Shown here piece by piece: positions 43,941 to 55,031 of a stretch of DNA of 64,000 nucleotides. The stretch is from the NCBI RefSeq assembly GCF_041248615.1, contig NZ_CP158426.1; one strand, given 5' to 3'. The stretch is from Escherichia coli (GTDB lineage Bacteria; Pseudomonadota; Gammaproteobacteria; Enterobacterales; Enterobacteriaceae). How positions within the stretch are numbered: position 1 is the stretch's first letter; every line of letters starts with the position of its first letter. The position numbers and the translations under genes were made by a program. The notes under the pieces are model-generated. The model saw only the letters and a list, made by a program, of their open reading frames with translations. It made no database searches and was not told the origin of the DNA.

Positions 43941-45302
43941 TTACTGCTGATGTTTAAGGATAAATTGACCTTTCGGCGCAACAGGGAAGCCCTGTTCGAT
44001 GTCGTAAATCACATCACCACGTAAGATGGTTTTCGTGATACGCGCGCCAATGGTACGGCCAACATACGGGCTGACTTTGTGGCGATATTCCAGATCGTCA
44101 TTGGTAAGAACATAGCTGCTATTCGGCTGAATGAAGACGAAGTCGGCATCTTTTCCTGGGGCGATACGGCCTTTTTGCTGCAGACCGAAAATATCTGCTG
44201 CGTTAGTCGCCATTAATTTGCCGAACATTGGCAGAGACATTCCGCGTTTCTGTACCGCTTCATCGAACATCACGTCCATACAGTTTTGCAGACCGGCAAT
44301 ACCGCCCCATGCTTCCATGATGTTGCCGGCTTTCATTTCCGGAGGGCATGGTGAGTGGTCGGAAACCAGGCAGTCGATTTCACCGTTAAATAGTTTTTCC
44401 CACATGCCTTTCTGGTTTTCCAGATCGCGGATCGGCGGTGAACACTTCGCCAGAGTACCGATTTCTTCGAACTGATCGGTATCCAGTACAAAGTAATGCG
44501 GGCAGGATTCACAGGTAACATCCTGACCTTCCTGACGTGCACGAGTCACTTCCTCAACACCTTCCGGGCTGCTGATATGGCAAACGTGCAGACGGCAACC
44601 AGCAACTTTCGCCAGGTACAGCACGCGGCGAATCGCTTCCACTTCGGTAAATACCGGACGCGAAGCCACATAGTCATGTGCGGTTACGCGACCTTCACGT
44701 TTCGCTTCTTCGCCAAGTTCGTCACAGATCAGCGCGTTTTCGCAGTGCACCAGCACCGGCTGTCCCAGTTCGCCCAGCTTCTGCGCACCTTTGAAGAACT
44801 GCCAGTCATTGACGTCACGGAAGTCGTTGTCGATACCGCGATCGCCACAGGTTGCGACGAAGCATTTGAAGCCGACAACGCCCACTTCATCCAGCTCATG
44901 CAGACGGTCGATGTTGTAAGACACCAGGCCACCGAGTTGCGCCGCATCGATAGTCAGCTTGCCTTTAGCGGCATCAAACTTCAGTTCAATTGAAGCGCGG
45001 TCAACCGTTGCAGGCAGCTGGTTGAGCGGCATTTCGATCATGGTGGTGATACCACCTTTTGCCGCTGCGCGAGTGCCAGTTTCATAACCTTCCCAGTGGC
45101 TACGACCCGGCTCAGAAATATGGGTGTGCGCATCAACCATGCCTGGAGAAACCACCAGACCAGACGCATCCATCACTTCTTTTGCATCGCCCAGATCCTG
45201 ACCGATAGCAGCAATTTTTCCGCCTTTAACGGCGATATCTACAACGCGAGCTTCGTTTTCTAAAATAACAGTGCCGTTTTTAATGATTAAATCAAAAGAC
45301 AT
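43941..45302 (-). CDS. allB: Allantoinase AllB (453 aa from [10 protein letters not shown])
   Basis: Cyclic amidohydrolase motifs (DAHTH...). Confidence 0.9.
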   Translation of the reverse strand: MSFDLIIKNGTVILENEARVVDIAVKGGKIAAIGQDLGDAKEVMDASGLVVSPGMVDAHTHISEPGRSHWEGYETGTRAAAKGGITTMIEMPLNQLPATVDRASIELKFDAAKGKLTIDAAQLGGLVSYNIDRLHELDEVGVVGFKCFVATCGDRGIDNDFRDVNDWQFFKGAQKLGELGQPVLVHCENALICDELGEEAKREGRVTAHDYVASRPVFTEVEAIRRVLYLAKVAGCRLHVCHISSPEGVEEVTRARQEGQDVTCESCPHYFVLDTDQFEEIGTLAKCSPPIRDLENQKGMWEKLFNGEIDCLVSDHSPCPPEMKAGNIMEAWGGIAGLQNCMDVMFDEAVQKRGMSLPMFGKLMATNAADIFGLQQKGRIAPGKDADFVFIQPNSSYVLTNDDLEYRHKVSPYVGRTIGARITKTILRGDVIYDIEQGFPVAPKGQFILKHQQ

Positions 45303-45362
45303 AACAAACTCCTTGTAAAATACAGATTGGTTTTTTAACTCAATGTTCAATATCGGGATTAA

Positions 45363-46817
45363 TTAACCTGTGACTTTTTGTTCTCCTGTTTTTTCTGCTG
45401 TAGTACGTTTCTTTAATAAGGCGTAGGCCGCAAAGGCGACGATGACGCCGACAAACCATGAAACACGAGATAACGGTTCCATAAAGGGAATAAACTTACC
45501 GCCAAGAGATAAAATAACGGCCACCAGAGTTACTGAAAACGCAGTGAGGTTAAAACCGTTATCGTAATATTTATAATCGCCAGGTGCGGTGTACAGTTCA
45601 TCAAGATTAATTTGCCCACGCATCACCACAAAATAATGCGCCATCATGACACCAATTACCGGACCCAGCATTCCGCCGATAATATCGAGGAACAGATAAA
45701 TACTGTCCTGATTTTCCATTAATTTCCACGGGCAGATCAGCAGGCTGATAATACTGGCAATCAGTACGCCGTTTTTATAGGTCAGTTTCGTCGGTGCAAT
45801 AGCGGCAATCTGATAACCAGCCGGAATAATATTACCGGTGGCGTTAGTGGAGATAGTCGTCATCAGAATAACCAGTACCGCAAAGAACGAGGCAAACAGG
45901 CTATCCCAACGCTGAACAATATCCAGCACGTTCCAGGTGTCAGCGCCGTAGTGAATACTGGCTCCGGCAATAATACATACCCCGGCGACCGCAAACAGAA
46001 TATAGGCCACAACTAAACCGAGCGTTTGCCCCAGCGCCTGCTCACGAAACGAGTGGGCGTTTTGCGTAAAGTCGGATGCGCTCACCGCCGGTGCCGCCCA
46101 GACCGCAACTACCGCGTTAATCACCACCAGGAACAAGAATCCACTGTTTTCTGCTTTCTGAATACCGCTCGGAATGTAGTCAAAGATTGGACCGAGCCCG
46201 ACCAGCGAAATCGCCCAAATCGCCATACCGCCGAAAACGATATAGATGCACGGGTTAAGAATGGCAGTGAATTTATTTAAAACTTTGCCACCGCCAAAAC
46301 CTATACCAACGTTGACCAGCCAGAAGAGTAAGAAAGTGATTAAGCCCGGTAGAGAAAGGCCTAACAGGGTAAAATCACCACCGAGAGTTAAAAATCCCGG
46401 CCAGATTTTGCCAATCAGGATCAAGCAGGCCAGCGATCCGGCGTAACATTGCAGGCCAAACCACATAATGGCAGCAATCCCGCCTCTTAATAATCCGGGA
46501 AACAGTGCACCACGTACGCCATAAGAAGCACGCAGGATCATGGCAAAAGGCACTCCGTATTTACTGCCCGCAGCACCGTTTAATACCATTACCGCGGCAA
46601 TGAAAAAGGCGCTGAGGATAATTGCCAGCATAATACTAAAGGTAGACAAGCCGAGAATAAAAAAGCCACCGACCATCACATAATTGGGAACGTTATGAAC
46701 CGAACCCATCCATAAGGTAAAATAGTTAAATGTTTTCCAGGTCCGCTGGCTTTGCGTTTTCGGCAATAGATCTTCGCTATAGCCGCGTTGCTGGAATAGT
46801 TTTCTCTGATGTTCCAT
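45363..46817 (-). CDS. ybbW: Allantoin permease YbbW (NCS1 family, 484 aa)
   Basis: 12-TM transporter adjacent to allB. Confidence 0.85.
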   Translation of the reverse strand: MEHQRKLFQQRGYSEDLLPKTQSQRTWKTFNYFTLWMGSVHNVPNYVMVGGFFILGLSTFSIMLAIILSAFFIAAVMVLNGAAGSKYGVPFAMILRASYGVRGALFPGLLRGGIAAIMWFGLQCYAGSLACLILIGKIWPGFLTLGGDFTLLGLSLPGLITFLLFWLVNVGIGFGGGKVLNKFTAILNPCIYIVFGGMAIWAISLVGLGPIFDYIPSGIQKAENSGFLFLVVINAVVAVWAAPAVSASDFTQNAHSFREQALGQTLGLVVAYILFAVAGVCIIAGASIHYGADTWNVLDIVQRWDSLFASFFAVLVILMTTISTNATGNIIPAGYQIAAIAPTKLTYKNGVLIASIISLLICPWKLMENQDSIYLFLDIIGGMLGPVIGVMMAHYFVVMRGQINLDELYTAPGDYKYYDNGFNLTAFSVTLVAVILSLGGKFIPFMEPLSRVSWFVGVIVAFAAYALLKKRTTAEKTGEQKVTG

Positions 46818-46986
46818 AAATCCCTCTTAATTTCACGTATCGAATAACGTTGTTTTAATCTAGCTATGAGGAACAAATAAAATAAAAATATTATTTTTAA
46901 TACTGAAGCAACATCTTTGGCTGCTTTCTTTTTTTAATATTGCTGGCCGATTCATTTTCTGATATCGGCCATTTTTATTGCGGGTA

Positions 46987-47865
46987 TCAGGCCAGTTTAT
47001 GGTTAGCCATTAATTCCAGCGCCTGCACTAACGCAGAGTGATCCAACTGGCTGCCACCGTTTGCCGCACAGGTATTAAACAATTCCTGGCAGGTCGCGGT
47101 GTTTGGCAGGTTCAGCGCCAGTGCTTTCGCACTTTGCAGTGCCAGGTTGAGATCTTTCTGGTGCAGCGCAATTTTGAAACCTGGATTAAAGGTGCGTTTA
47201 ATCATGCGCTCACCGTGAACTTCCAGAATACGTGAGGAAGCAAAGCCGCCCATCAGCGCCTGGCGCACACGTACCGGGTCCGCACCGGCTTTTGAAGCAA
47301 ACAACAAGGCTTCAGAAACCGCTTCAATATTGAGCGCCACGATAATCTGATTTGCCACTTTGCAGGTTTGACCGTCGCCGTTACCGCCGACGAGGGTGAT
47401 ATTTTTACCGAGCAATTCAAACAGCGGTTTAACACGTTCAAATACCGCTTCGTCACCGCCAACCATAATCGACAACGTCCCTTCACGCGCGCCGATTTCA
47501 CCGCCGGAGACGGGCGCATCGAGATAATCGCCGCCCAGTTCATTCACCTGACGAGCGAAACGTTTAGTTTCGATCGGGGAAATGGAGCTCATATCAACAA
47601 TGGTTTTGCCCTTCAGCGAGGCTTTGGTACAACCATTTTCACCAAACAGAACTTCTTCAACCTGTGGTGTGTCCGGCACCATAATAAAAATGATGTCCGC
47701 TGCTTCCGTTACCTGGCGCGCAGTTTCAACACTGACGGCACCCAGTGACAGTAATTCATCAGCAACCGGACCAATGGTTGTGACATGCAGTTGATGACCG
47801 GCTCGCGCCAGATTAATGGCCATCGGTGTACCCATAATGCCTAAGCCAATAAATCCCAGTTTCAT
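46987..47865 (-). CDS. glxR: Tartronate semialdehyde reductase GlxR (292 aa)
   Basis: MKLGFIGLGIMGTPMAINL... NAD-binding 3-hydroxyisobutyrate-dehydrogenase family. Confidence 0.9.
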   Translation of the reverse strand: MKLGFIGLGIMGTPMAINLARAGHQLHVTTIGPVADELLSLGAVSVETARQVTEAADIIFIMVPDTPQVEEVLFGENGCTKASLKGKTIVDMSSISPIETKRFARQVNELGGDYLDAPVSGGEIGAREGTLSIMVGGDEAVFERVKPLFELLGKNITLVGGNGDGQTCKVANQIIVALNIEAVSEALLFASKAGADPVRVRQALMGGFASSRILEVHGERMIKRTFNPGFKIALHQKDLNLALQSAKALALNLPNTATCQELFNTCAANGGSQLDHSALVQALELMANHKLA

Positions 47866-47964
47866 AATTAACCTCTTTTAAATTTCGCTTTTCCTGAATT
47901 CAGACAACACGATCCCCTGCCAACTTAGCGGCCTAAAAAAGCATTGTCTGAATAGCGTTACGTT

Positions 47965-48741
47965 TTAACGGTACGGATCCATCCAGCGTAAACCGGCTTC
48001 CGTGGTGGTTTGGGGTTTATATTCACACCCAACCCAACCGTTGTAGTCAGAATTTTCGATTACCTTAAAGAGATAATCATAATTAATTTCTCCGGTTCCC
48101 GGTTCGCCGCGATGCGGATTATCAGCAATTTGCAGGTGACCAATTTTATCGGCCCACTGAGTCATGGTATTAGTTAATTCACCTTCCATCCGCTGCATGT
48201 GATAAATGTCATACTGAATTTTCAAATTGCAGCAACCAACATCGTCAATCAGTTTCAGTGCCTGCCGAGTTCCGGTGAGATGGAAACCAGGAATATCAAA
48301 ATGGTTGATAGGTTCAATCAGTAATAAAATATCTTCTTTCATCAGCATATTCGCGGCATAACGCAGGTTTTCTACAAGCGTTGTGTGAATCTGTTCACTG
48401 CTGAAACCAGCCGGCGTTTTACCGACTAGACAGTTAATTTTTTTATTACCCAGCGCACGAGCATAACGAATCGCTGCTGCTACGCCATCCCGAAACTCTT
48501 CTTCACGGCCAGGAATACAGGCAATACCCCGCTCGCCCGCCGCCCAGTCACCTGCCGGTAAATTGTGCAGCGTATGTTCGAGTTTATTACTCGCCAGCAC
48601 CTGTTTTAATTCTTCAATGTCGTAGTCATAAGGGAACATAAATTCAACGCCGCGAAAACCACACTGCGCAGCTTTCTCAAAACGGGCGAGAAAATCATAT
48701 TCACCAAATAACATCGATAAATTAGCAGAGAAACGTAACAT
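47965..48741 (-). CDS. hyi: Hydroxypyruvate isomerase Hyi (258 aa)
   Basis: Xylose-isomerase-like TIM-barrel protein between gcl and glxR. Confidence 0.9.
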   Translation of the reverse strand: MLRFSANLSMLFGEYDFLARFEKAAQCGFRGVEFMFPYDYDIEELKQVLASNKLEHTLHNLPAGDWAAGERGIACIPGREEEFRDGVAAAIRYARALGNKKINCLVGKTPAGFSSEQIHTTLVENLRYAANMLMKEDILLLIEPINHFDIPGFHLTGTRQALKLIDDVGCCNLKIQYDIYHMQRMEGELTNTMTQWADKIGHLQIADNPHRGEPGTGEINYDYLFKVIENSDYNGWVGCEYKPQTTTEAGLRWMDPYR

Positions 48742-48753
48742 TATTTATCTCCC

Positions 48754-50535
48754 TTATTCATAGTGCATGAAGCAGGTTTCAGTCGGTGCATCCACTGCGT
48801 TATCGGCGATATCTTCAAATTCCATGACATTATCCAGTTCGCTGCCCATCGAAATATTGGTCACACGCTCGAGAATAACTTCCACGACTACCGGTACCCG
48901 ATATTGCGCCATTAAGGCTTTCGCCTGTTCAAAGGCTGGTGCTATATCTTCCGGTTTGAAAACGCGAATCGCTTTACAACCTAAACCTTCCGCTACTTTT
49001 ACGTGGTCGACGCCGTAACCGTTCACTTCGCTGGAGTTAATATTTTCGAACGCGAGCTGTACGCAGTAATCCATATCAAACGCGCGCTGCGACTGGCGAA
49101 TCAGACCCAGATAGGCGTTATTGACCAGTACATGGATGTACGGAATGTTGAACTGTGCGCCAACGGCTAATTCTTCAATCAGGAACTGGAAGTCGAAGTC
49201 ACCGGAAATCGCCACCACATTGCGCTCTGGATCAGCGGCACACACGCCCAGCGCCGCCGGAATGGTCCAGCCCAACGGGCCTGCCTGCCCACAGTTGATC
49301 CAGTGGCGGTCTTTAAAGACATGCAGCATTTGTGCCGCAGCGATTTGTGACAGGCCAATGGTGGTGACATAACAAACATCGCGACCAAAGGCTTTGTTCA
49401 TCTCTTCATACACGCGCTGCGGTTTCACCGGCACGTTGTCGAAGTGGGTTTTGCGCAGCAAAGTGCGTTTGCGCTGCTGGCAGTCGGCGACCCATTCTTT
49501 ACGACACGGCAGACGACCCGCTTTTTGCATCTCCTGCGCCACTTCAACCAGCAGTGTCAGCGCCGCTTTAGCATCAGAGACAATGCCGAGATCCGGACAC
49601 AGCACGCGGCCAATTTGCGTCGGCTCAATATCGATATGAACGATTTTGCGCCCTTCGGTGTATTTCTCTACCGAACCGGTATGACGGTTCGCAAAACGGT
49701 TACCGATACCAAACACCATGTCGGACGCCAGTAGCGTTGCGTTACCGTAACGATGCGCGGTTTGCAGACCCACCATCCCGGCCATCAGTTCGTGGTCATC
49801 CGGGATACAGCCCCAGCCCATCAGCGTTGGGATCACCGGAACGCTGGTCAGTTCAGCAAACTGTTGTAGCAGTGCAGCTGCGTCAGCATTGATTACCCCG
49901 CCCCCGGCAACAATCACCGGACGTTCGGCCTGAATTAACATTTCTACAGCTTTTTCGATCTGCATACGGCTGGCAGCAGGTTTGTAGACCGGCAGCGGTT
50001 CGTACATGTCAGGATCAAACTCGATTTCCGCAACCTGAACGTCGAACGGTAAATCCACCAGTACCGGACCCGGACGACCAGAACGCATCAGGTGAAATGC
50101 CTGTTGCAGCACGCGAGGCACCAGCGCCGCTTCACGAACTGTAACCGCCATTTTGCTGACCGGTTTAGCAATTGCTTCAATATCTACGGCCTGAAAATCT
50201 TCTTTATGCAGACGGGCGCGCGGAGCCTGGCCGGTAATACACAGAATAGGAATGGAATCAGCAGAAGCAGAATAGAGCGCGGTGATCATGTCCGTGCCCG
50301 CAGGACCGGAAGTCCCCAGACATACGCCGATATTCCCTGCCGTTGCGCGGGTATAACCTTCCGCCATGTGCGAAGCACCTTCCACATGACGCGCCAGAAT
50401 GTGACGAATACCGCCGTGCTTACGCATCGCTGAGTAGAACGGATTGATTGCAGCTCCCGGAACGCCGAAGGCGGTGGTGATACCTTCTTTCTCCAGCACA
50501 TACATTGCCGCGTCAACGGCTCTCATTTTTGCCAT
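48754..50535 (-). CDS. gcl: Glyoxylate carboligase Gcl (593 aa from [18 protein letters not shown])
   Basis: Thiamine-diphosphate enzyme signature. Confidence 0.9.
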   Translation of the reverse strand: MAKMRAVDAAMYVLEKEGITTAFGVPGAAINPFYSAMRKHGGIRHILARHVEGASHMAEGYTRATAGNIGVCLGTSGPAGTDMITALYSASADSIPILCITGQAPRARLHKEDFQAVDIEAIAKPVSKMAVTVREAALVPRVLQQAFHLMRSGRPGPVLVDLPFDVQVAEIEFDPDMYEPLPVYKPAASRMQIEKAVEMLIQAERPVIVAGGGVINADAAALLQQFAELTSVPVIPTLMGWGCIPDDHELMAGMVGLQTAHRYGNATLLASDMVFGIGNRFANRHTGSVEKYTEGRKIVHIDIEPTQIGRVLCPDLGIVSDAKAALTLLVEVAQEMQKAGRLPCRKEWVADCQQRKRTLLRKTHFDNVPVKPQRVYEEMNKAFGRDVCYVTTIGLSQIAAAQMLHVFKDRHWINCGQAGPLGWTIPAALGVCAADPERNVVAISGDFDFQFLIEELAVGAQFNIPYIHVLVNNAYLGLIRQSQRAFDMDYCVQLAFENINSSEVNGYGVDHVKVAEGLGCKAIRVFKPEDIAPAFEQAKALMAQYRVPVVVEVILERVTNISMGSELDNVMEFEDIADNAVDAPTETCFMHYE

Positions 50536-50555
50536 TTTATTCCTACCTCTATTAA

Positions 50556-50572
50556 TTGGAAAAATTTTCCAA
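50556..50572. promoter_or_regulatory. 17-bp perfect palindrome TTGGAAAAATTTTCCAA upstream of gcl, probable AllR (IclR-family) operator
   Basis: Perfect inverted repeat 21 bp upstream of the gcl start. A near-identical palindrome lies in the allA-allS intergenic region. Confidence 0.6.
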
Positions 50573-50624
50573 CTTTCAAATTTTGTCAAAAAAACCCGCT
50601 CCGCAGAGCGGGATGCGACAGACA

Positions 50625-51440
50625 CTATGGATGTGCTTTCAGTCCCAACGCCGTGCTGATATCGCGGGCGGTGTCTCTGACCAGCTCACCCTGACTGACA
50701 AAACGATCTTCTGTCAGTCTTGATGAAGGCCCGGAGATGGAGATAGCGGCAACAACGCTACCTACATCATCGTAAATTGCTGAAGCTATGCAATTCAGAC
50801 CTACAACATGCTCTTCTTTATCTACGGTATAGCCCAGTTCACGCGCTTGTTCCAGGTCCTTCAGCAAGGTGGGCATATCCACAAGCGTCGTTGGCGTAAA
50901 CTGCTGCAAACCGGTTTGCAGAATGATGCTCATCAACTCCTCTTCCGCCAGCGGATAAAGCAGCGCCTTGCCCGCGCCGGAAGCATGCAGCGGCAGACGA
51001 CTGCCCAGCGGCGCACACATCCTGACCATCGATTTACACTCTAACTGACCAATTAATACTGCTTCATTGCCGTTACGGATCGCGACATTGACCGTTTCGC
51101 CGGAAAGTAACATCAGGCGGCGCATAAACGGCCCGGCGACGGAGAGGACATCGCGGTTATGGATGTACGCCGCACCGACGTTAAAAACACCTAATCCTAT
51201 ATGCCACCAGCCTAACTGACTGTCCTGATAGACAAAATCCGCTGCCTGTAAAACCTTCAGCAAGCGAAAGGTCGTGGAGAGCGGCAAATCCAGATTGAGA
51301 GAAATATCGCTAACCGACGAACTCCCCCCACTTTTTTCCAGATATTGCAGAATCGCAATTCCCCGCTCTAACGCCTGTGCGCCCTTCTGTGCCACAGGCT
51401 CCGCCTGTCCTGGCCTGCCGCGCCGTCTAACTTCCGTCAT
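50625..51440 (-). CDS. allR: IclR-family repressor of allantoin/glyoxylate genes AllR (271 aa)
   Basis: N-terminal helix-turn-helix and IclR effector domain. Confidence 0.9.
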
Positions 51441-51517
51441 ACCTACGTTAACTCCGACCTACAAGTGAGCATAAACAATGAACAATTAGTTTATCTTATG
51501 CAAGTCGGTTGCAGGCG

Positions 51518-52000
51518 TCACGCAAAACAGAGCTCCTGTTCAGGAATACTTTCAACATCACAGTTGTCACTGCCGCCGCGATCGATGGTCAGAAAATCGG
51601 TGACGCGCTGCCAGGCGAAAAGTGGGTGATGCCAGACGTTACGATGGTAATTCACCCCCTGTTCACCGTTGGTGATAAACGCCCGCAGCGTTGACAGGTC
51701 TGGTTTGTCGTCACCTAACGCCACGACCACCACAAACACTTCACCTTTCATCGGGATAAAGGCCTGAGTACCCAGCGGATGACGTTCGAGTTCGTGAATG
51801 GTCAGCGGCAGATTCGCCGGTTGCGCGCGGTTAATGCTGATAAGCGTACGGTCTTGCTCAAGAATCTCAACCAGCGCCAAATCGTGGTAACGCTCCACCA
51901 GGCCATTGTTAATATGGAAAAAATCCCGTTGCTGCGTTTCGATTACGTCGCCATAAGCACTAAAGGCTTCCTGACTTAACGGTAATACCTGAAGTTTCAT
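51518..52000 (-). CDS. allA: Ureidoglycolate lyase AllA (160 aa)
   Basis: [21 protein letters not shown]... Confidence 0.9.
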
Positions 52001-52105
52001 CTTTTTGTCCTTGTAACATAATTCCGTTCAACCACCGCCGACCGGTCAGCTTGGTTTCAATAACAGGCAATCTAAAACCTTAAGAGAACAACATCAACAC
52101 AAAAG

Positions 52106-52122
52106 TTGGAATATTTTTCCAA
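52106..52122. promoter_or_regulatory. 17-bp palindrome TTGGAATATTTTTCCAA in the allA/allS divergent promoter region, probable AllR operator
   Basis: Perfect half-sites TTGGAA/TTCCAA around an AT-rich spacer, between divergent allA and allS. Confidence 0.6.
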
Positions 52123-52229
52123 AACTAGATTTAGTCCACAAATTGAACAGGGTTATCATGTAAAAATACTGATAAATCAGAGGATAAGAAAATCACGCAA
52201 CTTGCGGATTTAAAAGGGGATACCTGAAG

Positions 52230-53156
52230 ATGTTCGATCCAGAAACCTTGCGGACTTTCATTGCGGTTGCTGAAACAGGAAGTTTTTCAAAAGCGGCAGA
52301 ACGATTGTGTAAAACCACGGCGACGATCAGTTATCGCATTAAACTTCTGGAAGAGAATACCGGAGTGGCGCTGTTTTTCCGCACGACTCGCAGCGTGACG
52401 TTGACAGCGGCTGGCGAGCATCTACTTTCTCAGGCCAGAGACTGGCTGAGCTGGCTGGAAAGTATGCCCAGCGAGCTGCAACAGGTGAATGATGGCGTGG
52501 AACGCCAGGTGAATATTGTCATCAACAACCTGCTCTACAACCCCCAGGCCGTCGCCCAGCTGCTGGCATGGCTGAATGAACGTTACCCCTTTACCCAGTT
52601 TCACATCTCCCGACAAATCTATATGGGCGTCTGGGACTCGCTATTGTACGAAGGTTTTTCACTGGCTATCGGCGTCACGGGAACCGAGGCGCTGGCAAAT
52701 ACCTTTAGTCTTGATCCCTTAGGATCGGTGCAATGGCGCTTTGTCATGGCGGCGGATCATCCGCTGGCGAACGTTGAAGAGCCGCTAACAGAAGCGCAGT
52801 TGCGGCGCTTTCCGGCGGTTAATATTGAAGACAGCGCCCGCACACTAACCAAACGCGTCGCCTGGCGATTGCCGGGGCAAAAAGAGATTATTGTTCCCGA
52901 TATGGAAACGAAAATCGCCGCCCATCTGGCGGGCGTTGGCATTGGTTTTTTGCCAAAATCACTTTGCCAGTCAATGATCGATAATCAACAACTGGTCAGC
53001 CGGGTAATCCCAACGATGCGCCCCCCTTCGCCATTGAGTCTGGCATGGCGCAAATTTGGCAGCGGCAAAGCGGTAGAAGATATTGTGACCTTGTTTACCC
53101 AGCGCAGGCCGGAAATCAGCGGATTTTTAGAAATTTTCGGCAACCCACGCAGTTAA
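52230..53156 (+). CDS. allS: LysR-family activator of allD, AllS (308 aa)
   Basis: N-terminal LysR helix-turn-helix ([17 protein letters not shown]). Confidence 0.9.
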
Positions 53157-53209
53157 AAATCAAGTTTCCTTGCGCGTTGGCGCGTAAAATAGCGCGCAAG
53201 CTGATTTGA

Positions 53210-54319
<1,110 letters not shown>

Positions 54320-54382
54320 TGGGCGGTATTCTGAAACGGCGATTGTCGTGAGAACAGAATGGTTGCACCAGAATACAGATAT

Positions 54383-54419
54383 AAAAAAACCGACATGACA
54401 GTCGGTTTTTTTATTTTTT
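54383..54419. terminator. Bidirectional Rho-independent terminator after selU
   Basis: AAAAAAACCGACATGACAGTCGG hairpin flanked by an A-run and a T-run. Confidence 0.7.
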
Positions 54420-54500
54420 CCGCCCAAGACTTGGTGGTTCCGGGCAGAAATGAAACAGTCCTCATCTAGCAAGTGAATTATAAGTCAGGATGCCTACATA
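54385..54500 (-). ncRNA. Candidate antisense antitoxin sRNA (predicted, boundaries approximate)
   Basis: The minus strand here carries the complement of a 16-nt sequence that recurs upstream of the toxin ORF (54642-54657), and ends at the bidirectional terminator. No promoter mapped. Confidence 0.3.
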
Positions 54501-54730
54501 TTCAAACAGCTATGCTGGCGATACAATCCCGACGCTAGTAGTGATACTGCCTCAAGGGATTACCGCAGTGCGGAAAAGTACTTTTAAGTCCTGGTCAGGA
54601 TACAGGTGGTGCTGATTCTGGTGCTCTAATTTGGAGAGAGGCAGTCCTCATCTAGCACATGAAGAAAATCATAGTTACAGGCAACGTAAGGGTAAGCTGT
54701 GATTGTCTTTCTCCCTTAAGGGAGCAACGG

Positions 54731-54814
54731 ATGAAAACTTTTCTCGATAAAGTTCTCATCGTTCTTAAGGCGCTAATCGCGCTGCTGGAACTGATCCGTC
54801 AGTTTATTGAATAA
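54731..54814 (+). CDS. Candidate type I toxin: 27-aa hydrophobic helical peptide MKTFLDKVLIVLKALIALLELIRQFIE
   Basis: Shine-Dalgarno AAGGGAG 6 nt upstream, lying in a small palindrome CTCCCTTAAGGGAG. The peptide shares ALIALLELIR with DinQ as I recall it. Confidence 0.6.
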   Translation: MKTFLDKVLIVLKALIALLELIRQFIE

Positions 54815-54830
54815 CTGAGGAAACGTAGCT

Positions 54831-54859
54831 AAGGCCGAAGGTTTACCACCTTCGGCCTT
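54831..54859 (+). terminator. Stem-loop downstream of the small ORF, probable terminator
   Basis: AAGGCCGAAGGTTTACCACCTTCGGCCTT perfect hairpin followed by TTAAAAAAA; the U-run is weak. Confidence 0.45.
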
Positions 54860-54914
54860 TAAAAAAACCGACATGACAGTTGGTTTCATATTTATTGCCA
54901 AAATGCACACTGTT

Positions 54915-55018
54915 CATGCCAGATGCGGCGTAAACGCCTTATCCGGCCTACACAATCTTGCAAAATCAATATATTGCACGATCCTCGTAGGCCTGATAAG
55001 CGTAGCGCATCAGGCAAT
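54915..55018. repeat. REP / BIME palindromic units
   Basis: GCCAGATGCGGCGTAAACGCCTTATCCGGCCTAC and GTAGGCCTGATAAGCGTAGCGCATCAGGC. Confidence 0.8.
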
Positions 55019-55031
55019 CTAACGCCTGTCA

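Noticed and set aside
46900..46985. Hairpin GGCCGAT...ATCGGCC with a T-run between ybbW and glxR, a possible terminator
   Set aside because: The T-run is on the plus strand but both flanking genes are on the minus strand, and on the minus strand the hairpin is not followed by a U-run. Not confidently a terminator for either gene.
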